Shown piece by piece: positions 21,578 through 32,777 of a stretch of DNA of 35,084 nucleotides. The stretch's first letter is position 1. The number at the start of each line of letters is the position of its first letter. The notes under the pieces were generated by a model. That model did not search any database, was not told the origin of the DNA, and saw only the letters and a list, made by a program, of their open reading frames with translations. Origin of the DNA: Sanchytrium tribonematis (taxonomy: Eukaryota); NCBI GenBank assembly GCA_018985235.1, contig JADGIG010000039.1:1-35084 (forward strand), read 5' to 3'. The translations under genes and the position numbers were made by a program.

Positions 21578-22525
21578 TTAAGGTGTCAAAAACTTCAAGC
21601 CTTCTAAATAATCAGCAAAAGACTTACAGAGCCCATTGCCATTCATATAGAGTCTACCGTCATCCAACCTAAAGCTTACCGTTGATATGAATTGTGTTTT
21701 CAATATTGATGTATCGTTACCTCTTCTAAAAGCCCTCGACCAAGTGTTTTTTTCTAAAATCAGGTTGCAATTTGATCCATCTAGATCAAGATCACCATAC
21801 TTTTCTAAGAGTTTAAAAAAATCAGAGAAATTTTGGTTTTGGGTAGAAAAAACTTTGTCATATTGTTGCTTCTGTGTAATTCTCCATATTAATACCCATC
21901 TGACAGTAACGTAGGATATTTTATGGACTGTGATTTCAGGTTCTAACCCAAAAAGATGACACAAATATTTAATATAGTTTTTCAACAATGGAACTGACTT
22001 TTTAAACCCTAGTAAAGTCGAGAAATATCGGACCGATTTGGACAAAAGTAAATTTTTGATAAAACTTTTAGCAAATTCTACCTCCCCACCATCGGTCACT
22101 AATTCGTGAGGCATACCACCAAAATTCAACTTGACGCGAGTAGCCTTAATACCACCGCATTTCGAAATTTCCAATTCGGAGGAATAAAACGGTGGATTGC
22201 ACATCACAAAGTCAATCTTATCAATCAAATCCAAAGGTATTTCATCAGAGCACCTGATATCAATGTTATTATAATCAAGCTGTTGCAGTACTCTAGTGGC
22301 ATTTTTGTAGCTAATTTCATTCTTTTCTATCCCCATCAAGGGTAGTTTTGGATGATTTATGCGCAACAATATTAAGTAGATTGCGATGCTCCCTGTGCCA
22401 ATGTCTAAGACACTTTTAGGCTTATATTGACACACTAGGTCTACATAGTCCTTCCGATTTTTTACTGCTGGCTTCAGAAATCCCTCCGGCACTTGAGACA
22501 AAGCCCATTCGATAGTTTTTGACAT
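21578..22525 (-). CDS. METTL16: METTL16/RlmF-family RNA m6A methyltransferase (U6 snRNA m6A)
   Basis: LDIGTGSIAIY, DFVMCNPPFY, ELVTDGGEVEF, FSTLLGFK.S and TVRWVLIW. The start is ATG 22525 or alternatively ATG 22597. Confidence 0.9.
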   Translation of the reverse strand: MSKTIEWALSQVPEGFLKPAVKNRKDYVDLVCQYKPKSVLDIGTGSIAIYLILLRINHPKLPLMGIEKNEISYKNATRVLQQLDYNNIDIRCSDEIPLDLIDKIDFVMCNPPFYSSELEISKCGGIKATRVKLNFGGMPHELVTDGGEVEFAKSFIKNLLLSKSVRYFSTLLGFKKSVPLLKNYIKYLCHLFGLEPEITVHKISYVTVRWVLIWRITQKQQYDKVFSTQNQNFSDFFKLLEKYGDLDLDGSNCNLILEKNTWSRAFRRGNDTSILKTQFISTVSFRLDDGRLYMNGNGLCKSFADYLEGLKFLTP

Positions 22526-22536
22526 TTTTTTTGCAA

Positions 22537-22545
22537 TTCTCCTTG
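22537..22545. promoter_or_regulatory. Candidate core-promoter motif TTCTCCTTG between the divergent METTL16 and NOT1 genes
   Basis: The identical 9-mer also lies immediately upstream of the ATGs at 17498 (17484-17492) and 5066 (minus strand, 5070-5078). Confidence 0.5.
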
Positions 22546-22556
22546 TTAAGCATTTA

Positions 22557-25500
22557 ATGTCGCAGTTCGTGCTTGATGATAATATTGAAGCTGCCATTGT
22601 GTTTAGAGCACAGGCGCACTTAAACAAACCTTATCCAAATTATGAACATTATTATCTTTTGCATCATATATTCAACATCACTGAAGATGACAATCATGAC
22701 AAGTTGATTGATCTAGTACTAGGCGGAACTTGTCCATTTTACATGTTCAAAAATATCTCAATTAACCTTATTAACGCAATTCAATCTAAGCCCTGCAAAT
22801 GCCTGCTTGCATTGTATTGTTCATTTGCAAATTTACCAATTAAATCATTGAAATGTCAGCAATTAGCAGTCCAACACTTTGATGACCTTATGCAATACCT
22901 TTTGAAGCAGCAGTTGCTTCCTGCTGAGTTAAAATTGTTTTTGGCTAGTTGTTTAGAATTTCAATTAGTTCCAAAACCATACATCATGACGCTCAGCAAA
23001 CATATCCAATACTCTTTACCCTCGGACACTATGCAATCTTCTCCAAGCTTATTAAATGTTTTGCTGACTGGTAGCTCAAGTTCTAGCTTTAAAATTGATC
23101 TGAAGCCCACAAATATTTCAAAGTATTTACAAGACAATCAATATAGCATGAAAAGTGTTGGGATTTTATTGCAAAAATATGTATCTAATCCTTTAGATTA
23201 TCAATTTGATGCGATCAAAAGAGAAGTGCTGGCGGGAAAGTATGTAACAGTTGACTTGCAGGACATTATATCCGGGATAGATGTGGAAGCTGGTCAGACT
23301 AATAGCAGCGAGGCTGGAAATGTATTGGATATCATTCTAGAACTATCTCACAAGCTTTCCTCTGCTTTTCCGTTACCTGGATTCGTCAACAAACAATGGA
23401 AGCATGCCAAGACTCAAGCAATTTATGTTTTACTTCTTTGTGTTAAGGAAATTGAACTGAGCGGAATCAAAAAAATTACTGACTTAAGTTGCAAAGATCT
23501 TTCAAAAATTTCGAAGCGAGATGATGACAATAGAGTTTATATTGGCCTTCATTATTTTCCTATTTTTGAAAATTGTATGATACTGGGCACCAACTTTTTC
23601 CCTGAAATGCTTGAAGACATGATCAAAAATTACACCGATATGTTTTTGCTTGGAAGTATTCAGTTTAATGAGGGCTACAACCTGTTTAGTGCATTGGTAC
23701 CACAATATTTGCAGCACCCTTTGCTTCCAACTCTTCTTGCGGATAAACTAAGTCATAATTTTATAAATACTTGGTTGATGGAAATCTATCAGCAATCTCC
23801 AACGCATTTAAAACGAACGCTTCAGGCGGTCTTTTTGGAGAGTCCTACCAATGTGAATCAACTTGTAGCTATTTCTCAGCCACCTTTACAATATGATTTA
23901 GTTTGCTGGTTTATTGATCAAGTGGATCTTTGGTTAAAAGAACAAATCTTTTCAAAAAAGGATGAAGCAATGAAACCTTTAATTGACTTGATTCAAAGTA
24001 AAACTGCTGGATTTGTTAACAGAAATATGTCTGAAGTTGAAATAATCAACAAATTAGGTCCTAGTGCTGTGGTTCCACTAACTGTCGCAAACGTTAGAGC
24101 TATTAAGAATGTATTAGGTGGTTATAAAGGATTTGAACTGTCTCCAAGTACTCAAAAATTTGTTTTAGAAGTGATGGATAAATTGAGCAATTTGCAGTCG
24201 GCACTTCAGCCATCACCAGTCACGGCAGAAATCGAAAGTGAGGCAAGAGCATTGTTTAGTCGATTATTTAGAGATAAATATCCACCAGAGCAATTGGTGA
24301 CTTATTTACTCGGCACTACTAGCTCTCCTAATGGAAATCAACTTCTACTTAAAGTCGTTCACCTTCTTTTACAGGAACAATCATATTTTCATCAATATCC
24401 AAGACAGGAATTGGAAATTTCCAGTGAATTTTTAGGACATTTAATCGCTAAAAATGCAGTGCAAGGCTCATTATATTCCGAAGCGACTAAACTTTTAGTG
24501 ACATGTCTGGCTCAACCTACAAATACAAATTTGTTTATTTTTGCACATCGTGTGGTGTTGCTCGGTATCCATGTGTTACAAAAAGATGTCGAATTTATCA
24601 AAATTATCAGCAGCATTCCGAATATCACCCAAAATGCACCTGACATCTTTTCATTTATATTACAACCTTCATATCAACAGCCGCCACCGTACGATAAATC
24701 TTCGAAGAGTCAGTCAAAAGGGCTTGATGCAATTAGATTATTTCCCGCCCTGGTCTCAGACAAGAAGAAAGAAGTCGAAAATGTCGCACCGCCTGAACAA
24801 CTGCAAGACAAAATTTTGTTTGTCATTAACAATTTATCTCCTTCCAATATTGAAATCAAAACGAAAGAAATTTTAAAGTTGATTAATGCACCAACTACAC
24901 TAAGATGGTTAAGTCATTATGTTGTCAGCAAAAGGGCAGTACTTGAACCCAATTTTCATGACGTTTACTTGTCTTTTTTAGTAAGGCTTTGTGGCTTATT
25001 GGACTTGCAAACTTTGAATGTCAACGAGAATCTTCTTGATACATACATAAAAGAGCATTGCAACAGAGGTTATTATCATTCTCACATGTTATGGAAATTC
25101 GTACTTTACGAGTCATTTGAAATATGTAAAAAATTACTAGAGACAGAAAATGCCGAGTCTCGTGAAAAAGGTTTTATTAAAAGCATTGGTGCATGGATTG
25201 GTTTGCTTACCATTGCGAAAGACAAACCATTGATTCACATTCACTTGAATTTGAAAAAATTACTGCTTGAATCACTAGAGAAGAGCAAAATTCAAAATGT
25301 AATACCTTTCACTTGTAAATTGTTGGAACAATCAAAATTTAGCCAAATTTTCAAACTCCCAAACCCATTTATTCAATTCCATTTAAAATTTTTGAAAGAA
25401 TTATATGAATTTGCAGATATGAAGCAAGGGCTAAAGTTAGACATTGAAATTTTATTTAAAAACTTAAATCTCGAGATGACTGAATTTGAGCCTACCTTCT

Positions 25501-28287
25501 TACTACCAGGAAGATATCGGGTTTTAAAGCCAGATGAGTACAATGACCAAATATCGAATGCGCTAAACGATTTACAGTTAAGTGAGCACTCTTTAAATAT
25601 GAGTTCAAACGAGCATCTCGAATCAACTATTCCTCCGAATTTCGAGCATTCTGATCACTATCAGAACGGAACTTTACAAAAACTCTTGTTTTTTGCAATT
25701 GATAAAAGTGTAAAAGAAATTCTTGCTCCAGTTGTTGAACGAAGTGTAACTATAGCTAGTATTTCCACTCGTGAACTAATCAGCAAGGACTTTCGGAAAG
25801 AAAAAGATCTACAAAAAGTTCATCGCGCTGCCCAATTAATGGTCACATCTCTTGCTGGCTCTCTTAGTATGGTAACTTGCAAAGAACCCTTAAGACTCAG
25901 CATTATGACGAACCTAAAAACTTTAGTGGTTCAACAAGGCATTCATCAGTTAAATGAAAACGAAATGATACAATTGATTGATGAGCAAATTGATCGAGTT
26001 TGCGTATATATTGAGCAACAGGCTAAAGAAAAGGCGGTTTTAGCCATTGATATAAATTCCATAAAACAAGCAATCGAAGAAAATCAGAGGCATAATTTTG
26101 AAAGTGGGAACAAAAGTGACTATATCATCAATCAATTACCAGCTCAATTACGCTCCAATACGGGGGTTTCTTCGCAACAATTTAAAATTTACGAATCTTT
26201 TGGAACTGACGAACTTTTACCTCCAACACCTGCCAGTCCAATTAACAATGCCAGTGAATTTTTAATTACTGTCACTCAGGATATTTGTAAAGGAATGGTA
26301 AGCGGTGTAACAGGTTTAGAATACCAAAATCAATATCGCCAAATCAAATCAATTCTGGCAGAAAATACTCAGCAAGACCAGATTTTACTACGATATTTAG
26401 AGTATCTTCTAAAATTATTATATTCTCACAAGGAGGACGTCGTCGTAACATTCTTATGTGGTGTCTTGAAAGAAGTGTGTGATTTGAGCAAAGCTGTGAT
26501 AAAAGAATTCACAAGTTGGTTCTACATGAGTGAAAACAAGTTGAAATTCCAAATTCAACCAGTGATGGCATTAATGGCTTGTGGATTAGTCAGTATTTCT
26601 GATGTTGATGTGCAGCTATATTATTTATTGGATGATGATTTTTTTATTCAATTTGCTAAAGATTTTATTAAAGAACTTTTGCACCAAGAAGAAGACGTAT
26701 TATTATTGGAATTGAACCAGACAATTAAGAAGCTGGGTATATTCAATGAAAAGGAACTATTAGCTCACACTATCCCCGAGCATCCGTTGGACTCAGAATT
26801 AGTTAGTGCGTATTATGCAGGTATATTTGCAAAGTGGTCAAGATTGACTCAGATAACCACATGGAATAAGGACATATCTAATCTTTTTGTTCATCGAACT
26901 TTGGATGTTCTAGAATCTGACGAAAAGCTGATACATTTTATAAGAATTGCTTTAGAAATGAGTATTGACAATTACGACAAGGTCAAATTGACCCTGATCG
27001 ATTTTTGCAGCATTGATGCGCTGTCAATATTCATAATTGAAGTTTTAGCCGTTAAAAAGTTGAGAAGTCAACACGTGAGTATGTTTGGTAAAATTATTGC
27101 CTGTATTAGCATGGTACTAATTCATTATCACGAAAGGTCCAAAATGAAATTTAATCAAAAGGGCTTTACCAGATTATTTTGCAATTTAATATCTGGAGTG
27201 CATGAAAATTCGGCTTTACATAGTGACTTTTCCAATTCAATGGCCATTTTGGCTGAAACTTTCCACACTATTCAACCACAAGTTGTTCCTGGATTCGCAT
27301 TTGGCTGGCTTTGCTTAATTAGTCACCGAAAATTTATCCCATCTATGTTGGGTTCAAAATCTTCTTGGGAAAACTATCAAAAATTGATTATTGATTTGCT
27401 GTATTTTTTGCTACCATTTTTGCGTGATCCCAAAATGAATGAAGCTGTGCGTCTTATTTATAAGGGAACTCTTCGTCTATTGCTAGTTCTATTGCATGAT
27501 TATCCAGAGTTTCTATGTTGTTACTATTACAACTTTTGCGAAGTAATTCCTTCGATTTGCATCCAATTGAAAAATTTGCTATTGAGTTGCTTTCCGCGCG
27601 ATTTGAGACTTCCTGGTAGTTTATATTTATTTAGATCCATTTACTCCAGGTTTGAATATTGAAGACCTGCCCGAAATTCAAATTCAGCCAGAAGTGAAAT
27701 GTCAATATGAGCAAATTTTGAATCAGTACAATTTAAAAGACTCTTTGGAAACCTATTTGAGGACTAAATCGCCTTTGAATTTTATCGCCGATGTAATCAC
27801 AAAAGCAACCTTAACAGACAAAGTTGATTTGGTGTCGGAATCTAATTATGATACTAGACTTTTAAACTCGATTATTTTTGCATTGGGCGTTAGTTATTCA
27901 AATATGCAAATCAAAGGCGATTTACAATCGTCTTCCCACTTTGAATTTATAAAGACTATTCTGGTCAATTTAGATAGCCAAGGGCGATACTTGGTCATTT
28001 CATTTATGGCTAATCACTTGAGATATCCCAACGCGCATTCATTTTTCTTCAATCGATTACTACTTACTTGTTTTGAAGATTCTTCAGTTAATCATGTTAT
28101 TCGTGAGCAAATAACCAGAGTGTTGCTTGAGAGACTTATTGCAAATAGACCCCACCCGTGGTGCCTTTTGACGACATTTGTGGAACTGATTAAAAATCCA
28201 AAGTACAATTTTTGGTCACATTCTTTCACTCGTTGTGCTCCCGATATTGAGAGATTATTTGAGAGTGTAGCAAGAAGCATTTCTTAA
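22557..28287 (+). CDS. NOT1: CCR4-NOT scaffold subunit Not1; exons 22557-27615 and 27635-28287, 1903 aa
   Basis: KILFVINNLS, SKRAVLEPNFH, PVVERSVTIA, TCKEPLR, PGFAFGWL and LLVLLHDYPEFL. Splicing restores RLPDPFTP. The C-terminus has ANHLRYPNAHS and LERLIANRPHPW. Confidence 0.96.
27616..27634 (+). other. 19-nt spliceosomal intron
   Basis: gtagtttatatttatttag; phase 1 (G|AT); removal gives the conserved Not1 LRLPDPFTPGL..E.LPEI. Confidence 0.94.
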
Positions 28288-28308
28288 GTAAATCAAGATT
28301 TAAGTTTA

Positions 28309-29082
28309 CTATAGCTGTTTTCCAATATACAAAATGAATAAATCTAGAGGAATGGTACCCCCACTACCGATTAGATATGGCAATGTCCTGCATAAGAATT
28401 TAGAAGAGTCAAAATCTTTTCGCGTTTCCGCCATTATTAAGCTAGTAGAATAGCAAATGTTTGCGCAAACCATAAAAACCCAAACATAATAATTGAATTT
28501 AACGGGTCGTACTTCATCCTCTAAAACAATGTCCACGCTTTCTTCCTCATAAATGGGCTCGTAATCAAAAACTCTGTGCCTTTTATAGAGCATGTAGATT
28601 TGTGGTATTCTACTTCCAAAGTAAAATATGGCGCATATCCATGCTAATGTGGAACCAATGATTTGTTGATCATAAAACTCTGGCTTTCCGTCAATTAGGT
28701 TTAGTGATGACGCAGCAGAAATTGGACTTGGAATGACCAGTATCCCAAGAAGTCGATAGATCGTAATTTTAAATTGATAAAGACGCTCATTTGGCCTCTT
28801 CCAACGTTCGTAATATAAAAAGAGCAAAATCGTAAAGGAATCAATCGACACAAATAATGCTGCTGTTGCTTTCACTGAAAATATTTGGTCAAGTAAAAAT
28901 CCAGATATCAAGTTGGTCAAATCGCCTAGAGTCCAAAGAAGTAACGTTGCCAAGCTCAGACCCTCTAGTGACTGATTTCGGAGGCCATTTACAATTTGCG
29001 GCATGAGGACTAAAGAATAGAAAAAAACCGCTATAGCTCCTAGTAATTCCTCTAAAGTTGGGAATGACAGAGCAAAAAACAT
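28309..29082 (-). CDS. PQ-loop vacuolar/lysosomal amino-acid transporter (Ypq1/PQLC2-like)
   Basis: Two PQ motifs (LMPQI..., SRIPQI), EGLSL..LLLW..GD..NL, and LPYLIGSGGT...D; multiple transmembrane segments. Confidence 0.88.
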   Translation of the reverse strand: MFFALSFPTLEELLGAIAVFFYSLVLMPQIVNGLRNQSLEGLSLATLLLWTLGDLTNLISGFLLDQIFSVKATAALFVSIDSFTILLFLYYERWKRPNERLYQFKITIYRLLGILVIPSPISAASSLNLIDGKPEFYDQQIIGSTLAWICAIFYFGSRIPQIYMLYKRHRVFDYEPIYEEESVDIVLEDEVRPVKFNYYVWVFMVCANICYSTSLIMAETRKDFDSSKFLCRTLPYLIGSGGTIPLDLFILYIGKQL

Positions 29083-29194
29083 TAAATCGCGTTTCGTGAT
29101 GCGTGATTGGAAATTTTTGTTGGATGGTGCAATTTGGTTTAATCAATCTTTTGATAATCTAATTGTGTTAAATTATAAATTAGGAATATTCTAA

Positions 29195-31963
29195 TTATTT
29201 ACTTTTTCTGGGCAAATTTGTAACCTTAGTTAGCAAGGCTACTAGAAGACTAACCACCCCAGCGCCAATTGATACTAGCCATTGCTTTGGCGACAAATTT
29301 GTTGTCTTAAATATCACATGAAAAAATGAGACTTCGATCAAAGCAATCTGCAATCCAATTATGAAAAGAAAAAGAGGTATAAAAAACGGATTTTTGTGAA
29401 TGTTTTTGAAAATATTCAATTGGCCTTCAATTCTCCTGGCATTTAATAAATTAAATATTTGTAAAAACACAAAAACATTAAATACAAAAGATCTTGTAGT
29501 TAATTCGTCAAAATATTCTCCCATTATCAAATGTGGATATTTCATTAATATAAAAGAAATTAAAAATTGATATACAGCTTGAACAATTATCATAGTCCAC
29601 ATTGACGGACTTATTAGTGGTTCCTCCGATTTATAAGGCTTGCGTTTCAATAATGTAGGATCTGGTCGATCGGTAGCTAAAGCCAACGCAGCAAACGTAT
29701 CCATTATCAAATTAACCCAGAGCAATTGAACTGCAGTCAGTATTGGTTCTGAATCCTCATCCAAAATAACGGATACAACTGCTAAAGCCACGGCTACAAT
29801 ATTGACAGTTAATTGAAACTGCAAAAATTTCCTGATTGAATCAAAAATAGACCGGCCCCAAATAACAGCCTTGACTAAACTTGAAAAGTTATCGTCCAAT
29901 AAAATGATATCTGAAGCCATCTTTGCTACTTCTGTGCCCGCAATTCCCATTGAAAACCCCACGTTTGCTTCCTTCAAAGCAGGGCCATCGTTTGTTCCAT
30001 CACCGGTGACCGCCACAATTTCTCCCATGGATTTCAAAGTTTTGACCAGAATTTGTTTATCAAGGGGAGATGATCGAGCAAGGACACGGAGAGTGGGAAG
30101 AATCTTAAGTCGCTTTTCATGGCTAAGTTCTCGAAATTCTGAGCCTTCCATCGATAATTCTGCTGTCGCTAAAGGATTTAATATATTGGCCTTCAATGCA
30201 ATACTTTTTGCTGTCTTCAAATTGTCTCCTGTTACCATACGTACGGTGATTCCGGCATTTTGACAACTCTTGACTGCATCAGGCACTTCAGGTCGGACAG
30301 GATCCTCTATTCCAACGATTCCAATCAAGGTCAAGCTTTTATCATCATTCTCTTGATCTTCTTCTACTCTTTTAAATCCGAAAGCAATGGTTCGCAATCC
30401 CAGAGATGCGAAGTTGTCAATAATTTTCATATGGCGTTTATAATTCTCTTCGTTCATTAGCTCTATTTCGCCATTAGATAAAAAAGTGGTAGATAAACTC
30501 AGAATTATTTCTGCAGCGCCTTTGACGTAAAATCGTAATGAATTGTTTTCAAGTCGAACTATACTACACATTCGCTTTCGATCCGAAGCAAAAGGTATAA
30601 TTTTGAGAATTGTAGCATGTTTACGGTCAAACACATAGTCAGAGCCAAGAACGTTCCTAGTAAAATTTAATAATGCCACTTCAGTTTTAGAACCCAAAAA
30701 AGTGATCAGACCTTCTTCGTTTTCCATTTCACTAGCTGTGGAATTTATATTCAAAGTTTTGCATATCAATTCTAAAGTCTCAGCATCCAATTGATCTTTT
30801 AAATGAGTATCTGGATCAAGCACCTTTAAATTCAAACAGCACTTGACTACAGTCATGATATTTTGAGTCAAGGTTCCAGTCTTATCACTACAAATAGTGG
30901 TCGCGTTGCCCATAGTCTCGCAAGATGCGAGGACTCTTACAAGATTATTGTCCTTCATCATTTGAATGGTAGCAAATGATAAACTTAATGTTACAGCCAT
31001 TGGTAGTCCTTCTGGCACAGCAACAACAATTACCGTAATTGCAGAAATTACAAAATGCACGAATTTTTGAAAGACAACAATGGAATCATCAGCAATACCT
31101 TTGTACAAATATTTTCCAATAGAAATACATAGAATTAATCCCGCAATTAGAGTCCCGTATTTTGCTATTTTCTCACCAAATAAATTTAATTTCACTTGAA
31201 GTGGGGTAAATTCGGAAGAATTAACCAAGGACATGAGTAATTTACCATTTTGAGAATGAATTCCAACAGCTAATACAAGTGCAGTTCCTAATCCATCCAC
31301 AACTTTCGAACCTGAAATCAAATACCTGTCCTCTTCGTCTTTTTCAACATGATCACTCTCACCTGTTACCGAGCTTTCATCTAATTTTAAACTGGAGTAG
31401 GTCAAAATTATACAGTCAGCGGGTATTACATCCCCATTCTGGATTTTAATAACGTCCCCAACTACTAGCTCAGAGACTGGTATATGGCTGGCTTGAATGG
31501 ACTGTCTATTGTTCTCCACATCACCGTCACAATGTATTCTAAAGACTGTGGCTTTCAGATTTGAATCATTTTGAGAACTAAGAAATTCAAACTGTCTTTC
31601 TTTTTGGTAATCCTGGTATGCATTTATAAATAACACCAAGAAAATAGTAACTATAATGGCTAACCCTTCTACGTAGGCTAAGTCAACATGATAAACAAAA
31701 TATTCATACAGACCTGTTCCCAATGAAATTATTGAAGCAATACTTAGAATTTGGATTATACGATCTTGAAATCCAGCTTGAAGCAACTTAAAAAAACCAT
31801 CTGATTTTCTTTTGGGGAGCACATTAGAACCAAATGTATTTAAGTTTTCCTCGATTTTGCCAATTTTTAAACCCTTTGGGCTAGAATTGACATTACCAAG
31901 TATATCGATTAAGTCATTTTCTGATATATGAGTTCTATTTTCGACTAAATTGGTCAAGTCCAT
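29195..31963 (-). CDS. PMC1: P2B-type Ca2+-ATPase (PMCA/Pmc1)
   Basis: TGES, VVAVPEGLPMAVT, phosphorylation site DKTGTLT, KGAAE, MVTGDN, TGDGTNDGPAL and LLWVNLIMDT. No long calmodulin-binding tail, as in fungal Pmc1. Confidence 0.96.
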   Translation of the reverse strand: MDLTNLVENRTHISENDLIDILGNVNSSPKGLKIGKIEENLNTFGSNVLPKRKSDGFFKLLQAGFQDRIIQILSIASIISLGTGLYEYFVYHVDLAYVEGLAIIVTIFLVLFINAYQDYQKERQFEFLSSQNDSNLKATVFRIHCDGDVENNRQSIQASHIPVSELVVGDVIKIQNGDVIPADCIILTYSSLKLDESSVTGESDHVEKDEEDRYLISGSKVVDGLGTALVLAVGIHSQNGKLLMSLVNSSEFTPLQVKLNLFGEKIAKYGTLIAGLILCISIGKYLYKGIADDSIVVFQKFVHFVISAITVIVVAVPEGLPMAVTLSLSFATIQMMKDNNLVRVLASCETMGNATTICSDKTGTLTQNIMTVVKCCLNLKVLDPDTHLKDQLDAETLELICKTLNINSTASEMENEEGLITFLGSKTEVALLNFTRNVLGSDYVFDRKHATILKIIPFASDRKRMCSIVRLENNSLRFYVKGAAEIILSLSTTFLSNGEIELMNEENYKRHMKIIDNFASLGLRTIAFGFKRVEEDQENDDKSLTLIGIVGIEDPVRPEVPDAVKSCQNAGITVRMVTGDNLKTAKSIALKANILNPLATAELSMEGSEFRELSHEKRLKILPTLRVLARSSPLDKQILVKTLKSMGEIVAVTGDGTNDGPALKEANVGFSMGIAGTEVAKMASDIILLDDNFSSLVKAVIWGRSIFDSIRKFLQFQLTVNIVAVALAVVSVILDEDSEPILTAVQLLWVNLIMDTFAALALATDRPDPTLLKRKPYKSEEPLISPSMWTMIIVQAVYQFLISFILMKYPHLIMGEYFDELTTRSFVFNVFVFLQIFNLLNARRIEGQLNIFKNIHKNPFFIPLFLFIIGLQIALIEVSFFHVIFKTTNLSPKQWLVSIGAGVVSLLVALLTKVTNLPRKSK

Positions 31964-32157
31964 TGTCTCAAAGGGGATGGCGATTAAATTTTAATTTTTA
32001 AATACAACACAAATGATTGTTTTATAAAACGACATAATTCACCTTTTTAAAATTTAGAAATCTTTTATTTAGAAAATTGAGACGACGACATTGAGTCCAC
32101 ATTGATTGTGTTACATGTTCCTTCGAACCAAACTTGCTTTCTCCTTTTATACAGGCG

Positions 32158-32745
32158 ATGAAATTAGTTTGGGGATTTACAGGTTCTGTTGCTTCTATCA
32201 AATATGAAGAGATCCAACAAATATGTAAGAATGACCAGGTTATTGTTATAATATCAAAATCAGCCAAATTTTTCATCCCCAACCTACAGCCAACCACAAA
32301 TGTTGAAGTTGTGTTGGAGAAATTGCGAAGCGATCAGCCTTTTTGGATTATTGTTGATGAAGAAGCCGAATGGCAATGGAAAAAGAAAACTGATCCTGTT
32401 TTGCATATAGAGCTTAGAAAGTGGATGGAAGCAATAGTGATCGCCCCACTCTCTGCTAATTCTCTTGCAAAGTTGTCAAATGGGATTTGTGACTCGCTAC
32501 TTCTTTGCGTAGCCAGAGCTATTGATTTTGAACAAGCAAAAATGGTTGTATGTCCATGTATGAATACTCAGATGTATTTACATCCTATTACCACGACTCA
32601 AATTGAACTTTTGAAAAGTTGGGGCTGCAACTTAATCTATCCAGAAGAAAGAGAACTAGCCTGTGGTGATGTGGGGGTAGGTGCTATTCCACCCATCAAA
32701 GTCTTGTACGAATCAATCTCAAATCTAGTATTAAACATTAATTGA
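32158..32745 (+). CDS. PPCDC: Phosphopantothenoylcysteine decarboxylase (HFCD flavoprotein)
   Basis: GFTGSVA, PVLHIELRKW, APLSANSLAKLSNGICD, PCMNTQMY.HP and LACGDVGVG. First ATG is at 32158. Confidence 0.95.
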   Translation: MKLVWGFTGSVASIKYEEIQQICKNDQVIVIISKSAKFFIPNLQPTTNVEVVLEKLRSDQPFWIIVDEEAEWQWKKKTDPVLHIELRKWMEAIVIAPLSANSLAKLSNGICDSLLLCVARAIDFEQAKMVVCPCMNTQMYLHPITTTQIELLKSWGCNLIYPEERELACGDVGVGAIPPIKVLYESISNLVLNIN

Positions 32746-32777
32746 CTTACTCGTAATTACAAGCTGCATTTATTATA

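Noticed and set aside
29084..29121. Weak hairpin followed by an Sm-like AATTTTTG
   Set aside because: The motif is common in AT-rich DNA, there is no other snRNA hallmark, and it directly abuts a start codon on the opposite strand.
31964..32157. 194-bp divergent spacer and the minus-strand ORF 32022-32297
   Set aside because: The spacer is very AT-rich with one promoter-like motif per flanking gene. The ORF overlaps PPCDC antisense and has no recognisable features.
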